The translations under genes were made by a program, and so were the position numbers. Below the pieces are notes generated by a model that saw nothing but the letters and a program-made list of their open reading frames with translations, did no database searches and was not told the origin of the DNA. Of a stretch of DNA of 64,000 nucleotides, positions 13,568-28,034 are shown one piece after another. Source of the DNA: Octopus vulgaris (taxonomy: Eukaryota). How positions within the stretch are numbered: the stretch's first letter is position 1; each line of letters begins with the position of its first letter. The DNA lies in assembly GCA_951406725.2 (NCBI GenBank), contig OX597815.1:94240001-94304000 (forward strand), in the 5' to 3' direction.

Positions 13568-13944
13568 CCTACCTATCTATCGCGCTATCCACCAATCTTC
13601 CTCTGTTTGTCTATCCGTCCGTCCGTCCATCTGTCTGTCTGTTCTCTCCCCACTCTCCCATGCTTTCTCTTCCCCCTCTCTCACACTCCCTCCTTCTCTG
13701 CACCCTCTCTCACTAACCTCCTCTCCACATTACCTCTCGTTGTCCCATTCTTGTATTTTTGTGCGACATAACTTCATTTATTATTTCAGAAGTATATAAT
13801 TTCATTATGAAATTAAATTTGCAAACATGATGGATAAACTTTGTATGTGTGTGTGTGTTTGTGTGTGTGAAGCGGGATAGCCAAAGATTATTTAATGATT
13901 TTTGCTCTTCATAAAAGGGATATATATATATATATATATACATA

Positions 13945-14140
13945 ACGGAAAGGTTTACGAATATAAACAAAAGACGAAGACAGGTGGAGTACAAACAAAC
14001 AATTGTATTAGTATGGCGCTCAGGAATAGAAATAAAACAAGTCTTTTACGTTTCTAGCCTACGCTCTTCGACAGAAAGTTACACAGAAAAGAAACAAGGA
14101 GAGAAAAAAATGCGTGCAGGAGCTAACGATTCAACATGAT
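13945..14140 (-). repeat. Short Penelope-terminus-like repeat with degenerate HHR-like motif (relatives at 42860-43046, 59690-59810, 60045-60260)
   Basis: Minus strand CTGTCGA-AGAGC-GTAG-GCTA-GAAACGTA; adjacent to (TA)n. Confidence 0.5.
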
Positions 14141-14149
14141 ATCTATTTC

Positions 14150-15400
14150 GGTCTGATATTCATAAATCCGAAAGAAAAGCATACTCTAAAAATTCTTCTG
14201 AATAGTAATATTTTATGTAGTTGTTAGTTATGGCAGGTCAGAAAGTTACCTTTGGTTTCAAGTCTATTATTGCTCTTAGCAATATAGGCGACCTACTAGA
14301 TTCGCTGGCCGGAGGTATATAGCCACTATACTAATGGAAATAAGAATATAGTCTTGGTCAGCAGAGTTGTGAATCCCAACCCCCACCCTCGAATCGAAAT
14401 TCTTCGAAGCGAAAATCCCTTCTGGGCGAGAGGGAATTATCTCCCTTGTACGGTTCTAGTCGTCGTCAGTGAGTGGTGAACTCCATGTCTCCAACATGAA
14501 ACTTCTTTCATAAAGGCATCCACCAAACATTTCACTTCTGGAATTTTAGAAGGTGTCGGGTCAAGCAAATTTTTAAAGATTCTTGTCCTCTCAGCCAAGC
14601 AAAGCTTGCATCATCTGCTTCCTTGAGGTACGGTCCAGTCTGTTCAAGGAGCTGCCATTTAATCTTGTATAGCGGCCCCTCTTCTTTTAAATGCCATATG
14701 TAGTTGGTCAAAGTTGTAACGTTGCGCCTCTCTGGTATTAAAAAAGGGGACGTTTGGTTATTTAGTTGCAGCTTAAAGGGCCCTCCGCTGCTCCAACATA
14801 TTTCCGAGTCTGTGCTCTGACGTAGTTGGTGCTGCTGTTGTTACTGCTGCTCTTGTTTCTAACGGACACCATCCTTGTCTTATAGACCATGGCCCCGGAG
14901 TTGCATCAACTCTTTACTGGGTGTTCACTATTAACCCTGCATGTGCACCCTGTCTCTGTGCGGGATTCAGAGGCGTTCACTAAAATCTTTTTAACACTGG
15001 GCGTACAGTTGAACGAGGCCCTTATGTTGTGTCTATTAATCAATCGTCCGTACCTATGGGATTGCGTGAATTGCCTATCCACTAACCTAAGAAATATGCT
15101 CCCCACGCAAGCTTTGACGTTAAGTGAGAAGGTTAGGGCAAATTAAATGACCTTATGGTGGCGATTTCTTTTGTGGATGCTAGATTCCAGCATAAAGAAG
15201 ATACCATTTCTTAACCTGGTGGCTGTGAAAACCTCATTGTGATAGGGGGTCACAGCGTCGAAAACATCTTTATTTGAGGACAGCTTCAAAATCCTCTTAC
15301 TGACACTCATCAAGTTCTTAAACACAATGGGTGAGTGACAGGAGGCTGTTAATTTGGTTTGCGATCTATTACTGGGCTCACTCTGTCAAATGCTTTCTCC
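14150..15400 (-). mobile_element. Decayed Penelope-like retroelement (RT C-terminus + GIY-YIG)
   Basis: SKRILKLSSNKDVFD, KRNRHHKVI*FALTFSLNVK..VGSIFLRLVDRQF..SHRYGRLINRHNIRASFNCTP, GPFKLQLNNQTS..TTLTNYIWHLKE..IKWQLLEQ. Confidence 0.85.
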
Positions 15401-16302
15401 ATTCTGGTTCACAGAGAGACCATGTTGAAAAATAAAAAAAGAAGCAAACCAAAAAACAAAACAAACAAAACAACAGCAAATAAACAAAAGCAAGAACAAT
15501 ACGTCTTTCATCATAGGTCTGTCTGTTCGGTAAGGGCTGAAGTGGGGCTGGACAGTTAGAATAACATCCTCCTCCCCCGGCTCCTCCTCCTCTTTCTTTT
15601 TCCCGTCGTTGTTGTCGCTGTCATCATCAATACAACTGCACAACAGCAACAATAATAACAAGAACAAGAACATCTGCGATGACGACAGCACGAGACTGAT
15701 AACAAAGCGTCTTTTCGAAAATTCGTCTTGCTAAAAATAGAAGCCAATTATTACTCAAATAAGATTCTATCATTTCACAAAAGTAATGATATAATGGGTT
15801 ATCTAATGTGGCTTTCCTTTCCTTTTAGGCGGCAAGGATGTGATTTGTGCAAGATCCCGCTACTTTTTCTAGAAGCACGAGCGATCATGCTTTTTTCATT
15901 GACTCGTTGTTTTGCCACAGGTCAGTTCTGAATGAACAGACTTAGGAACAAAGGCATTTCATAGTGGCCATTCCACCTTTTTGTATATCTAGAGTTATAT
16001 TGGCCATGTTGACTTTCTTTGTTTATAACAACTTTTGATTTGAGAGAACATTAGTCACTATTTCTAGTTGTATGAGGCACCACATACTGGTACCTTTTTC
16101 GTCTTGTTGTTTATGCTAGAGAGTATAGAAACAGCTGTAGTAATCTTGTTTAATACATAGTCAAGCCATAACCGCACACATCTGAGATCTAAGATATTCC
16201 AACCGTAATCAACCACTGAATCTCAGCCTATATCGTCATTCACATTTTTAAAACGATAAGCTGTTACTTGAGATGAATTTATCTTTTTTCTTGTATCTAT
16301 TG

Positions 16303-16478
16303 TCTTTTACTTGCTTCAGTCATTAGACTGTGGCCATGCTTTGGCACCATCTCGAAGAGTTTTAATCGACCGGATCGACCCTAGTACTTTCTCATTCTAT
16401 CGGTCACTTTTGCCGGACTGTTAGTTTACGAGGAGGTAAACGCGCTAATCCTGATTGTCAAGTGTGGTGGTGGGGGGA

Positions 16479-16511
<33 letters not shown>

Positions 16512-16526
16512 GACACACACACACAC

Positions 16527-16562
<36 letters not shown>

Positions 16563-16716
16563 GATGGGCTTCTTTCAGTTTCTGCCTACGAAATCCACTC
16601 ACAAGGCTTGAGTCAGCCCGAGGTTATAGTAGAGGTTACTTAGCCAAGGTGTTACGCTGTGGAACTGAACTCGGAGCCATATGTTTGGGAATCAAACTTC
16701 TTAGCACACAGCCACG
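16303..16716 (-). mobile_element. SINE family A (tRNA-like head, internal microsatellite)
   Basis: Colinear with the copy at 18141-18750. Confidence 0.8.
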
Positions 16717-17511
16717 TGTGGCAAGCCCTTCATTTCTCAAGTAATCTGGTTGCTTTTGATTGTGCAAATAGTTGTAGTTACGGCGGTGTTAGTGACGATA
16801 GTGGTGGTAGTGGTGATGGTCGTGGTAGTGTTGTTGTTGTCGTTATTGTTGTTGTGGTTGTTGTTGTTGTCGTTGTTGTTAGTAATAGCGGTTATGCTAG
16901 TGCGGCCGTAATTGTGGTTACGGTTGTGTTGGCGGTGTTAGCGGCGGTGGTGATGTTAGCGGTGCTAGTGAAGGAGGTTAATATTTGGCATCCAAACTGG
17001 CAAATGAAGATAGGAAAAAATGTTAATTGTTGTGAGAAACAAACTTCGAACTCGATACCATAGAGTGTACCTAAAATGTGGTCTATTTATTTGCTTGTTT
17101 GTTTATTTGTTTTTTTATGAGGTCCTTTAAATAACTAGCTAATGCTAAATATAGCTGGGGAACAATATCATTGACTATCATGAGAATAGGGGCTCAACTG
17201 ATACTTCTGAATAAAGATATTCTTAGATCGCTATCATTATGAACCAGCCCTCCTCTTTCTAGCTTAACTGTAAGAAAACACTCTTAATACACACACACAC
17301 ACACATACACACACACACACACACATACATACATACATACATACATACATACATACATACATACATACATACATACATACATAAAGGCGTGAGTTGGTGT
17401 GGGTGTGTCTGGGGGTATTTATATGTGTGTGCATGTACACTTAAATGCGCGTGCCTGTACAATATGTTGCCAAAAAGATTTTAGCCTTTTTCTCGACTAC
17501 TCTGAGGATCA

Positions 17512-17607
<96 letters not shown>

Positions 17608-17823
17608 CACACCAATACACACATATGCACACACACATTAATTAATTAACTAAAATATTATGGACAAATTTACAGCATTTCATGCATACGTTTAATGAGC
17701 ATATATTTAGTAGCCTCTCATCGAGTTAACCATGTGGTTTACATACATACCTACACACACATGCATACACATACACATATGTACATAAATATGCATACAC
17801 ACGTGTAAACACACACATACATA

Positions 17824-18112
17824 CATGGCCCAGTGGCTAGGGCAGCGGACTCGCGGTCGAAAGATCGCGGTTTCGATTCCCAGACCGAGCGTTGTGTGTG
17901 TTTATTGAGCGAAAACACCTAAAGCTCCACGAGACACCAGCAGAGGGTGGTGGCTACTCCTGTTGTACTCTTTTGCCCTAACTTTCTCTCACTCTTTCTT
18001 CCTGTTTCTTGGGTAACGCTGCAATGGACTGGCGTCCCGTTCAACTAGGGGAAGCACATACGCCACATAAACCGGGAAACCGGGCCCATGAACCTGGCTA
18101 GGCATGAAAAGA
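17824..18112 (+). mobile_element. tRNA(Arg-like)-derived SINE family C
   Basis: A-box TGGCCCAGTGG and B-box GTTTCGATTCC, then TTGAGCGAAAACACCTAAAGCTCCACGAG. Same head at 24411. Confidence 0.8.
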
Positions 18113-18140
18113 TTTCATAAATAATAAATATATATATATA

Positions 18141-18750
<610 letters not shown>

Positions 18751-18890
18751 TAAGCCTATTTATATATATATACATACACACTCATATACATACTCTATAT
18801 AGACAATATATTTTTGCATACACGCACATATAGACATATACAAATTTACATATAATTGTATACCAGAGAGTATTAGAAAGCTTAGAGTGG

Positions 18891-18921
<31 letters not shown>

Positions 18922-19839
18922 CATACATACATACATACATACATACATACATACATACATACATACGTACGTACGTACTTATGTACACACACACAGCGTG
19001 AGGAGGAAAGAGAGAGAGGGGAGAATAAACAAAAAGAATTTTAAAATTTTTAAAAAAGTCTCCCAATCAGCCAGACAGGCAGACAGATATCTAGGGAAAA
19101 AGAAAATTTAGAAATATTTTTGTTGATGATAGATTTAGCAACCTATTAATGAGATCTTAATTGGGTACATTAAATAGAAAATACTGTATAATTCTGTCTA
19201 ATAACAGTCAAGAATTGCAATTGCAGAGTTAAATTGACCTTTTAAGAATAACATTTTACTTTGATTCCTAGTTTGGCATTTGTCAAGCGGAAGAATTTTA
19301 AAATACGATGTATTTCTATGTATTTTTCATCGCTTAGTTTTATTTTCCGTATATTTTTATAGTTGTCTTTGCATTGAGAGACCTGGTAGAACGACGGAAA
19401 AAAAATAACTCCAAAAAAACAAAACAAAATAAAACAAAAAAAAAAACCTTGTGCGGTCTTGTGACAGACTATGTTAAAAACTAATAGATATTATTATAGT
19501 GGATGTTCTGAAAGCTGATAAACTCGTTCCTCTTGATCGTTTCATGTCAGAAAAAACTGTGACATCTCCTAGGATGGAGCCATTCGAAAGAATGGAATAA
19601 ACACTGCAATAGTCTCCTACAGTGGTTAGGAAAATCTGAGGTGTATTGGACAGAATATCTTCATTTATATTATGTTACTCTCTGTTCTGAGTTCGAATGT
19701 CGCTCATGTCGGTTTTTATCTTTCCAGAGTCGTAAAAATTAGAATCAGATACTGACATAGATTTAAACTGTTCTCTTCCCCAGAATTATTGGTCTTATAC
19801 TTGTCCTAAAAAAAAAAGAATGGCACAAAGGCGGAGGAA

Positions 19840-20620
19840 AGTTGGAACCTGAGTTCTCATTCCTGAGGTATTTTTCGATGTTATTATTATTACTAGAGTT
19901 CAGATCACTGACTGGAATCGAACTCGGAATCTTGGAGTTAGTAGCCTGCGCTCTTAACCACTACGCCATATGACCGTGAACAATTATGGATTGCATTTTA
20001 GGGCTTATAAATCTAATATTTTTCTATCCTTCCTTAATACCGGTTCCCATATGCTGCTCATATCTGCACTCGGTCTGCTTAGGAGGTTGTTGTATCCTAG
20101 CATATGTGCTGCTTCTTTTAGTTTTCGTATTTTCCAGTGTTTTCTCTGTCTATTATTTTAACTTCATCCCACAGAGGGAGGTGGTCTCCATTTTCTTATA
20201 CGTGATGATCAGCTATACCTGATTTATCAATATCTCCTCGTGTCACAGCTTTGCGATGTTCGTTTACCCGTATTTTGAGGGGGCGGCATGTTTCGCCTTT
20301 GAATATCCTACCATAGCTGCATGGGATGGAGTACACGCAGTCTTTGGTCATATTCTCTTCTATTGGTGGTTTTACTCGAAGGAGATATTTGCAAAGTGTT
20401 GTATTACTTTTGAATACTGTCCTGATGTCATATGAGCTGCATATCTTTTGTATCTTTTCGGAGAGGCCTTTCACATAGGGTAGACAGACTGTGGACAGTT
20501 TATTGCCTCATCCTCTCTCTTCTTCATAATTGGAGTGGATAGTATATAACGTACATTCGATGGATATTTGAGATGAGGAATAATGTACATAATTCCTCAT
20601 CTCTTAAATATAGAACTGCA
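19840..20620 (-). mobile_element. Penelope-like element 3' part (GIY-YIG) with tRNA-like segment and inverted terminal piece
   Basis: LPYVKGLSEKIQKIC..DCVYSIPCSYGRIFKGETCRPLKIRVNEHRK..KSGIADH..WDEVKIIDRE..RKLKEAAH. Small palindrome GAGATGAGGAAT..ATTCCTCATCTC at 20570-20604. Confidence 0.85.
19902..19975 (-). pseudogene. tRNA-like sequence within Penelope 3' region
   Basis: GGTCATA-TGGCGTAGTGGTTAAGAGCG-CAGG-CTACTAA-CTCC-AAGATTCC-GAGTTCGATTCC-AGTCAGTGATCT. A and B boxes are present, but the stems are imperfect. Confidence 0.55.
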
Positions 20621-21439
20621 ATATTAATATATTGATTTCTTAGATTAGAAGGAGGCCACCAGTTTGAGAAGTAAGATCAGTCGATTGAATCAACCTCCGT
20701 TTTTGACCATGACTGCTTCATGATTGCGAAACAGACTTCATAACCAGTCGGTAATGTTTGCGCTCTGAACGTACACGTGTTTCTCGAAGACTATGTAAAT
20801 TTCGTAGATATCATCCCTCCACTCGTCGGTCAGTCGATTAGTCGATTGGTCGGTCGGTCGGTCTGTCCGTCCGTCCGTCCGTCCATCCATCCATCCCTCC
20901 ATCCATCTAGCTAGCCAGCCAGCAAGCCAGCCAGGAAGCCAGCCAGCAAACCAGCCATTCCTTCATCTAGCATCTTCTTTCATTCCATAATTCACTCCTT
21001 CATTCATTCCATAATTCATCAATTCATTCATAATTTTTATCTGTAAATTGTGAGATTTGTCCTCTCCACTGATTTTAGTTCTTGTTATATATTTATATAT
21101 ATCATTCATTTGTTGCATTAATATCCTTCTTAGTATTTTCATTGCTTCAAAATCACGTAGAAAGAAATGAATGCTGCATAAGGAATTTGACAATAGACTA
21201 TAATTATATTAGATCTAAACCAAGGAAAGAAAATGGGCAAATTCACAGAGACGTGATAATAACGATCGTTTACTGTGCGGTGACTACTTCTATGACATCG
21301 TCAGCAACACCTCTTCTCTTTTCTTTTCTCTCTCGCATTGCTTCTGTCAGTTACATTAACACACACACACGTACATACATAATACTTTAATACGTACATC
21401 CATACATACATACACACACACAAACACGCACACTCACTC

Positions 21440-21528
<89 letters not shown>

Positions 21529-22373
21529 CATACATTATACATATATATACGTATATGTATGTATTTATATATACATATGCATAAATATACATATATATAC
21601 ATACATACATATATATATGCATATACATACATATATACACATATGTATGTATGTATCTATCTATCTATCTATGAATAAAATTTACATCGTTTTTGTATTG
21701 CAAGATTGCTATGCATGTATATGTATATATATATATCTATAAAGATCATACACACACACTCACACTCACACACACATATCAACATTCACGCACTCACATA
21801 ATGACATACATATATATGTGCATTTAAATATACAAAGTCGTTAATATATTTATCTAAATACAGACATATCAAAATAACGCAATCACGAGGTTTCGAGATC
21901 CATTCTTCTGCGAGGCCTCATCGGCATGTGTTTCTCTTTTCTTTACAGTAGCCTCGGGTAGGTCCAAGCCTTGTAAGATGAACTTGGTAGGCTAAACTGT
22001 GTACGAATCCGTTGCAAGGATCGCACATGCAATGCAGCCTTGTCATATATTGTATCAAACTGATACGGTATGAGAATTACATTCCAGGCGCACAAGCAGT
22101 AGCAATATCTGTGGTTCGCGATGAGGCAGGTGTTATTTCGGAACTGCACTTCCGTAGAGAGCTGTCTAAACAAAGACCTGAGGTTTCTCCCGCCCAACTG
22201 TTGAATGGTCGTTGACTCTATGACATGCCCGTTTTCCAACCTGCATCGTGTCCAACGAAAATCGCCCTCCTTACTACGTAGACATTGTAGGTTTACCGGT
22301 TTAGTCGTCGACGGTATGACCATGGGGCAGGGTGTATTAGGTTACATGTTACCAGTAGCACTGAGAGTGACGT

Positions 22374-22556
22374 CACTAAAGTAACTGAGGGCACTAGTCA
22401 GCACCAGTATTACTAGTTATAAGAGTTAAAACAACTCATAGCCACAAGGAGCACCTTATTTTAATAACTGACAAGAGAGGCAAGCTTCCTCAGTGCCTTG
22501 GAATTCTTATTTCTAGCAATACTAATGCTGACTAATGCCCTCAGTCACTTTAGCGA
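22374..22556. repeat. MITE-like inverted repeat (~50-bp arms)
   Basis: CACTAAAGTAACTGAGGGCACTAGTCAGCACCAGTATTACTAG pairs with CTAGCAATACTAATGCTGACTAATGCCCTCAGTCACTTTAGCG. Confidence 0.7.
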
Positions 22557-22610
22557 GGTGTATATTTCTGCCTTCGGTTGTAAAATTGCGAACAAGCCAC
22601 CATTATATAC

Positions 22611-22639
<29 letters not shown>

Positions 22640-22661
<22 letters not shown>

Positions 22662-23075
22662 TGTGTGTGTGTATGTGTGCATGTCTTTGTGTATGTGTTT
22701 GTTCCCCACCACCGGTGTTTGTGTATTAATGTCCCAGTAATTTAGCGGTAAGGCAAAAAGAGACAGACAGAATAAGCACCAGGCTTAAAAATGAAGTACT
22801 GAGGTCGATTCGATCGACTAAAATTCTTCGTGGCCGTATCCCAACACGGCTTCAGTCAAGTAGCCATTTTGAACTCAGAACGTAGCCGTATTTCGTCTGC
22901 CGTTACGTTCTGAGTTCAAATTCCGCCGTGGTCGACTTTGCCTTTCATCCTTTCGGGGTCGATAAATTAAGTACCAGTTACGCACTGGGGTCGATATAAT
23001 CGACTTAATCCGTTTGTCTGACCTTGTTTGTCCTCTCTGTGTTTAGCCCCTTGTGGGTAGTAAAGAAATAGGTAT
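22640..23075 (+). mobile_element. SINE A 3' half followed by SINE B with 17-bp 5' inversion
   Basis: Family motifs as above; 22868-22884 is the reverse complement of 22904-22920. Confidence 0.75.
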
Positions 23076-23115
23076 CCCAACATGGCTTCAGTAAAAGATG
23101 GATGATATATATATG

Positions 23116-23172
<57 letters not shown>

Positions 23173-23222
23173 ATATATATATATATATATATATAACAAA
23201 AGAAAGAAAGAGACCTCAAGCC

Positions 23223-23268
23223 AGATAACCGAAGAGATATTTATCGGCATCTGAAACTAGTTTTATCT
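23223..23268 (+). ncRNA. Minimal type-I hammerhead-like motif (U4C core)
   Basis: AGATAA-CCGAAGA-GAT(..)ATCT-GAA-ACTAGT-T/TTATCT: 6-bp stem I, palindromic stem III, GUU site. Confidence 0.5.
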
Positions 23269-23290
23269 TGACTACCGAGTAATGTAACAT

Positions 23291-23346
<56 letters not shown>

Positions 23347-23347
<1 letters not shown>

Positions 23348-24395
23348 TAGCAAACGCACTCGTCCTTTGGACGGTTTAAGTTGCTTTGGTGGTATTTTTT
23401 CCACCAAATAATTGAACTACCTGGAAGGTTTATGAGTAGCATGGCAATCTATGTTTCCGATTAACCCTGGAACGGAAAATAAAATTGAAGGCTGGTTATT
23501 GTGGAGGTCGTTGCACTTTAATGATCATAGAAGGTATAAGTTTGCAAGCGATGCAAACTAGAGCTACTGAAGTGTTTTGGGAGTAGATTACGGATAATAA
23601 CTATGAAATATAGTTGTTTTACATGAAAGAGAAATTTCTTGTCAGAAACAGCCGCATAAATGGTATAAGGAAATTGAAAGAAAACCTTGAAACTTCCCCT
23701 CTGTGAAATATCTTAATAAATGAGTAAATTAGCATCCTTAAACTGAAAGAACGGTATCAAAGGTAAACAAAGGCATCAACAAATACAAGAGAGAGAAGGG
23801 AACATCACCTTTCAAGTAAATTCAGAATAGGTAAAAAGTAAGCTTGCCAAAGTTTAATGCAGTTTAAATATATAGATTAAAATAGTTTGGTATTGTATAT
23901 TCATCCTTTCACTTTTATAAAAATATTAAAGAAGTATGGAAGACCCCACATACGAAAAAAACAAAAAACAAACTATGTCCATTTACGTCCAATTACGCAG
24001 GAGCTCTGGGCAAAATGTTATAGTGAATGGCCATCCTTGGGATATAAGTAATGTGTGCGTAAAGTTTGGTGAAAATCGGTTGAGAATTGTGGAAACGTAT
24101 GCGTTACTCATCATACACACACATACTGTGATTTATATAGGTGGACAGTGGAAATAAATAAATAGACAAACTTCTTTCACTTTAATAAAAAGATAAATAA
24201 GTAAGTCCCTACATACCAAAAAAAAAACATGTCCATTTACGTCCATTTACGCGGGAGCTCTGGGCAAAACGTCATAGTGCATGACTATCCTTGGGACATA
24301 AGTGATGTGTGTGTGTAAAGTTTGGAGAAAATCGGTTGAGAATTGTGGAAATGTATGCGTTAGTCATTATACATACACATACTGCGATTTATATA
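23347..24395 (-). mobile_element. Non-autonomous Helitron-like element with ~220-bp internal direct duplication
   Basis: Minus-strand 3' end has hairpin CGTCC-AAA-GGACG then ...TTTGCTAG. Region 23905-24135 is repeated at 24175-24395. Confidence 0.6.
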
Positions 24396-24410
24396 TATAT
24401 ATATATATGT

Positions 24411-24683
24411 GGAGGCGCAATGGCCCAATGGTTAAGGCAGTTTCGATTCCCAGACCGGGCTTTGTGAGTGTTTATTGAGCAAAAACACCTAAAGCTCCAC
24501 GAGGCTCCGACAGGGGGTGGTGGTGATCCCTGTTGTATTCTTTCACCACAACTTTCTCAATCTTTCTTCTGTTGGCCTGCTCGCTTAGCCAGCGGGGTGG
24601 CGTCATCGAAGGCTAAAACAATGCGAAGCGCATTGTGACCAGCGATGTGTTGCAACATCTGATAGCCTGGTCGGTCACGTGAT

Positions 24684-24690
<7 letters not shown>
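24411..24690 (+). mobile_element. tRNA-derived SINE family C (different 3' body)
   Basis: GGAGGCGCAATGGCCCAATGGTTA..TTTCGATTCCCAGACC..TTGAGCAAAAACACCTAAAGCTCCACGAG. Confidence 0.8.
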
Positions 24691-24760
<70 letters not shown>

Positions 24761-24916
24761 TTAGGACGGATTAGATGATCCAGGCGCAGGAAGCACTCAC
24801 ATTTTCGGCGGCTATCTGCAGTTGCATAAGGGAGAATCCCTCTCGCAGAAAATAATCAAGTTTCAAAGAAATAGAAATTTCATAAGGTTAATTCCGTCGT
24901 AGAATATAAGCGATAA

Positions 24917-25250
24917 TACATGAAGAGTGCCATTTATGATATTACATTCATTTCATACTTTATAGTTGCTTCAACGACTTGCAGCTGACCAATCACACGT
25001 CATGTTTATATACATGGATGATAATGATGTTTTAGTCATGCATATTATGTAACGTATATTGCATGATATCACCAGATGTTATTTCTTCAGAACCGATTGG
25101 GAAAGGCATTATATAACATAATACGCATGACTTAATCGTTGTTATCGGTATCCATAGATATGATGAGTGATTGGTCGCGTGCAAGTTATTGAAGCAACTG
25201 TAAACCATGGAATAAATGTAATACCATAAACTTCACACTTCACTTATGTA
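24917..25250. mobile_element. MITE with ~130-bp degenerate terminal inverted repeats
   Basis: TTACATTCATTTCAT..TAGTTGCTTCAACGACTTGCA..GACCAATCAC..TAGTCATGCATATTATGT mirrored by ACATAATACGCATGACTTA..GTGATTGGTC..TGCAAGTTATTGAAGCAACT..ATAAATGTAA. Confidence 0.7.
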
Positions 25251-25309
25251 TGTATACATGCATACACACACACATATAGGATCTAAAACACTCTAGCCAT
25301 GACCGTTTC

Positions 25310-25353
<44 letters not shown>

Positions 25354-25372
25354 CTCTCTATCTATCTATCTA

Positions 25373-25453
<81 letters not shown>

Positions 25454-26507
25454 ATAATAACACACATATATATGTATGTACTTATGTGCACACAGACACA
25501 CATTTGCACACACACACGTACATACCCATGAATATATTATCTAATGTGTTTGTTTTTTGAAGAGAACTAAGGTATAATTCGAGGAGGATTTCTTTAGTCG
25601 TCTCAAATAAAGAAATGCTTTAAATATTCTTGATGTTGTTGCTTAACTCCGGGTCGGTCCTGGCTGAGCACGTCTATGATCAAAAGAATTCAAACCTGGA
25701 CTATTTCCGTCTTCCACAAGAATAGTGCCCAGGGCTACATCATTTATTATAACTATTTTTAAGAAGGCAGGATAGTGAAGTACTGCAGTTATAATTGAGG
25801 CTAGATTCTCACAGTAAAATTCACATGAAAAGGTGGTGATGTAGGATCTATGGACTATATCTTATAAATGTCATTGATACTTTATAACCTTTAGTGGAAC
25901 GATATTTCCTAAGTAAGCTAATGAACCGATTTCTTATTCCGCATTGACATTTAGAAAGAAACTCTCATACTTCTAATTGGTAAAATTTCGTTTTCCTTCT
26001 CCATTTTGATAATGAACCAAGAACGAAACATACAACGTTTAACACTTAATTATCATTACGTCATTAATTAATTAATCAGAAATATTTGGAGAGGCAGAAA
26101 ACGAAAATTTCTGGAAAGATGTATTTCAGTATTTAGTGAAGTGTCATTATGTTACAGTTTCAAATACCACCTGAGATTTTATCCATCTCTAGACTGGATG
26201 AAAGTTGGGATTCGAGTGCTGAGGTTAAATAAAATATGTTCTCTCGTCCTATATAGGATGTAGCGTAGCAGTCATATTACAGCGTCGGCGAAAAGTGTCT
26301 TGCATTATTAAGTTTCAGCTTATTGCGTTTGTATTTAAAATATGCTCGGGTCGGTTTTGTCTTTCGTCCTTCTGTTCGTACTGGTACCTAATCTACTGCT
26401 TCAGGCAACAGAATAGGGTTGAGAATACCGATCGATTGTATAGTTATTTGCACTTGAGACAACAAAGTTCTAGTCATGCGCCAATGAATTATGACTTTAT
26501 AATAAAA

Positions 26508-26899
26508 CTAGCAGTATCGCCCGGCGTTGCTCGGGTTTGTTTCGACCCTTTAGAATTGGAATTTTTGAAAAAAGTAAAAGTTTTTCATTATGTAGCTTGT
26601 TATTCTCTTTAAGTGAACATTTTTCTGTTTGAAATACACCGAAAAATGGCGACACAGCAGTCAAAAGATCGTAAAAAATAAGGATTTCATAGAAAAAAAA
26701 GCACCTTTTTGATGTAAATAACTGTTGGTGTTAACATCGTCAGATTTGAATTTTTTCTTCTACGGAAGGAAGAGCAAGCCTTCTTCTATCATACTTTCAA
26801 TTTTGGTCAACTTGCGCCGCAGGGTCTCGGAGGAGATAGTGTTAGTTGAAGGCTACCAAACCTGCCATACACAGACAACTTCAGCTTTACATATATAGA
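26508..26899 (-). mobile_element. Non-autonomous Helitron
   Basis: Same 33-nt 3' terminus as the 9706 copy (CTAGCAGTATCGCCCGGCGTTGCTCGGGTTTGT on +). 5' end TCTATATAT..AAAGCTGAAGTTG. Confidence 0.75.
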
Positions 26900-27286
26900 A
26901 ATATAGAAAAATTGCAGTAAGACATATATGAATGAAAGCGATAGTTTTTACGTTTCATCTTTGGACAATGTTAGTGAATCTTGACAAAAATATAGTGTGG
27001 ATTTTTTTGTTTTTAACTTGGTTTTTTTTCTTTATGTCCTTAATAAGTAATACAAAATGCATTCAAATACTGACCGTATCAGCTAGATAAATAGAATATA
27101 GCCAAATGTCTACCATATATGTAGAAATAATAGTTAGCTAATCAATTATTACCTAATTATGTAGATACAGTTGCTAGTACAAAAGGCATTCCAATGCAGT
27201 CTGTCTGCCGGTCTGCATCTATCTTTATTACTATTGTATATATTCATTCTCTTATATAAATTGTTTGAGATGCTGAGGCAATTTAC

Positions 27287-27326
<40 letters not shown>

Positions 27327-27413
27327 AGAGAGAGAGAGAGGGAGAGAGAGAGTGAAAGAGGGAGAGATAGATAGATAGAGTAAGACAGAGACAAAAGCAG
27401 AGAGAGAGAGAGA

Positions 27414-27464
<51 letters not shown>

Positions 27465-27476
27465 TAGTTTTATCAT

Positions 27477-27575
27477 GCACCTTGGGAAAATGTTTTCTAC
27501 TATAGCCTCGAGGTGACCAAAGCCTTGTGAGTGGATTTGATAGACGGAAACTGTAGAAGCCTATCGCATATATAC

Positions 27576-27656
<81 letters not shown>

Positions 27657-27764
27657 TGTATGTATTTGTATATCTGTGTTTGTCGCCTACCATCGCTTGA
27701 CAACCGATGTTGATGTGTTTACGCCCCCGTAACTTAGCGGGTCGGCAAAAAAAGGAATGAAAAA

Positions 27765-27802
<38 letters not shown>

Positions 27803-27929
27803 CGCAATGGCCCATAGATACGGCGGTGGTATTGACGAAAACTAAAAGCTCCCGAGGCGGCAGGGGAGTGGTGATCCGGTACCTTTCACACAAAGGCGGT
27901 GCTCAGCATGGCCGCAGTCAAATACTGCG

Positions 27930-27930
<1 letters not shown>
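27477..27930 (+). mobile_element. SINE family A (5'-truncated, interrupted)
   Basis: GCACCTTGGG..TTCTACTATAGCCTCG..GACCAAAGCCTTGTGAGTGGATTTG..GACGGAAACTG; tail CAGCATGGCCGCAGTCAAAT. Confidence 0.8.
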
Positions 27931-27969
<39 letters not shown>

Positions 27970-27990
27970 TATATATATATATAAAATATA

Positions 27991-28034
<44 letters not shown>

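Noticed and set aside
17824-17890. tRNA genes at SINE heads (also 19902-19975, 24411)
   Set aside because: A/B boxes are present but the cloverleaf stems are broken, and the sequences run into repeat bodies.
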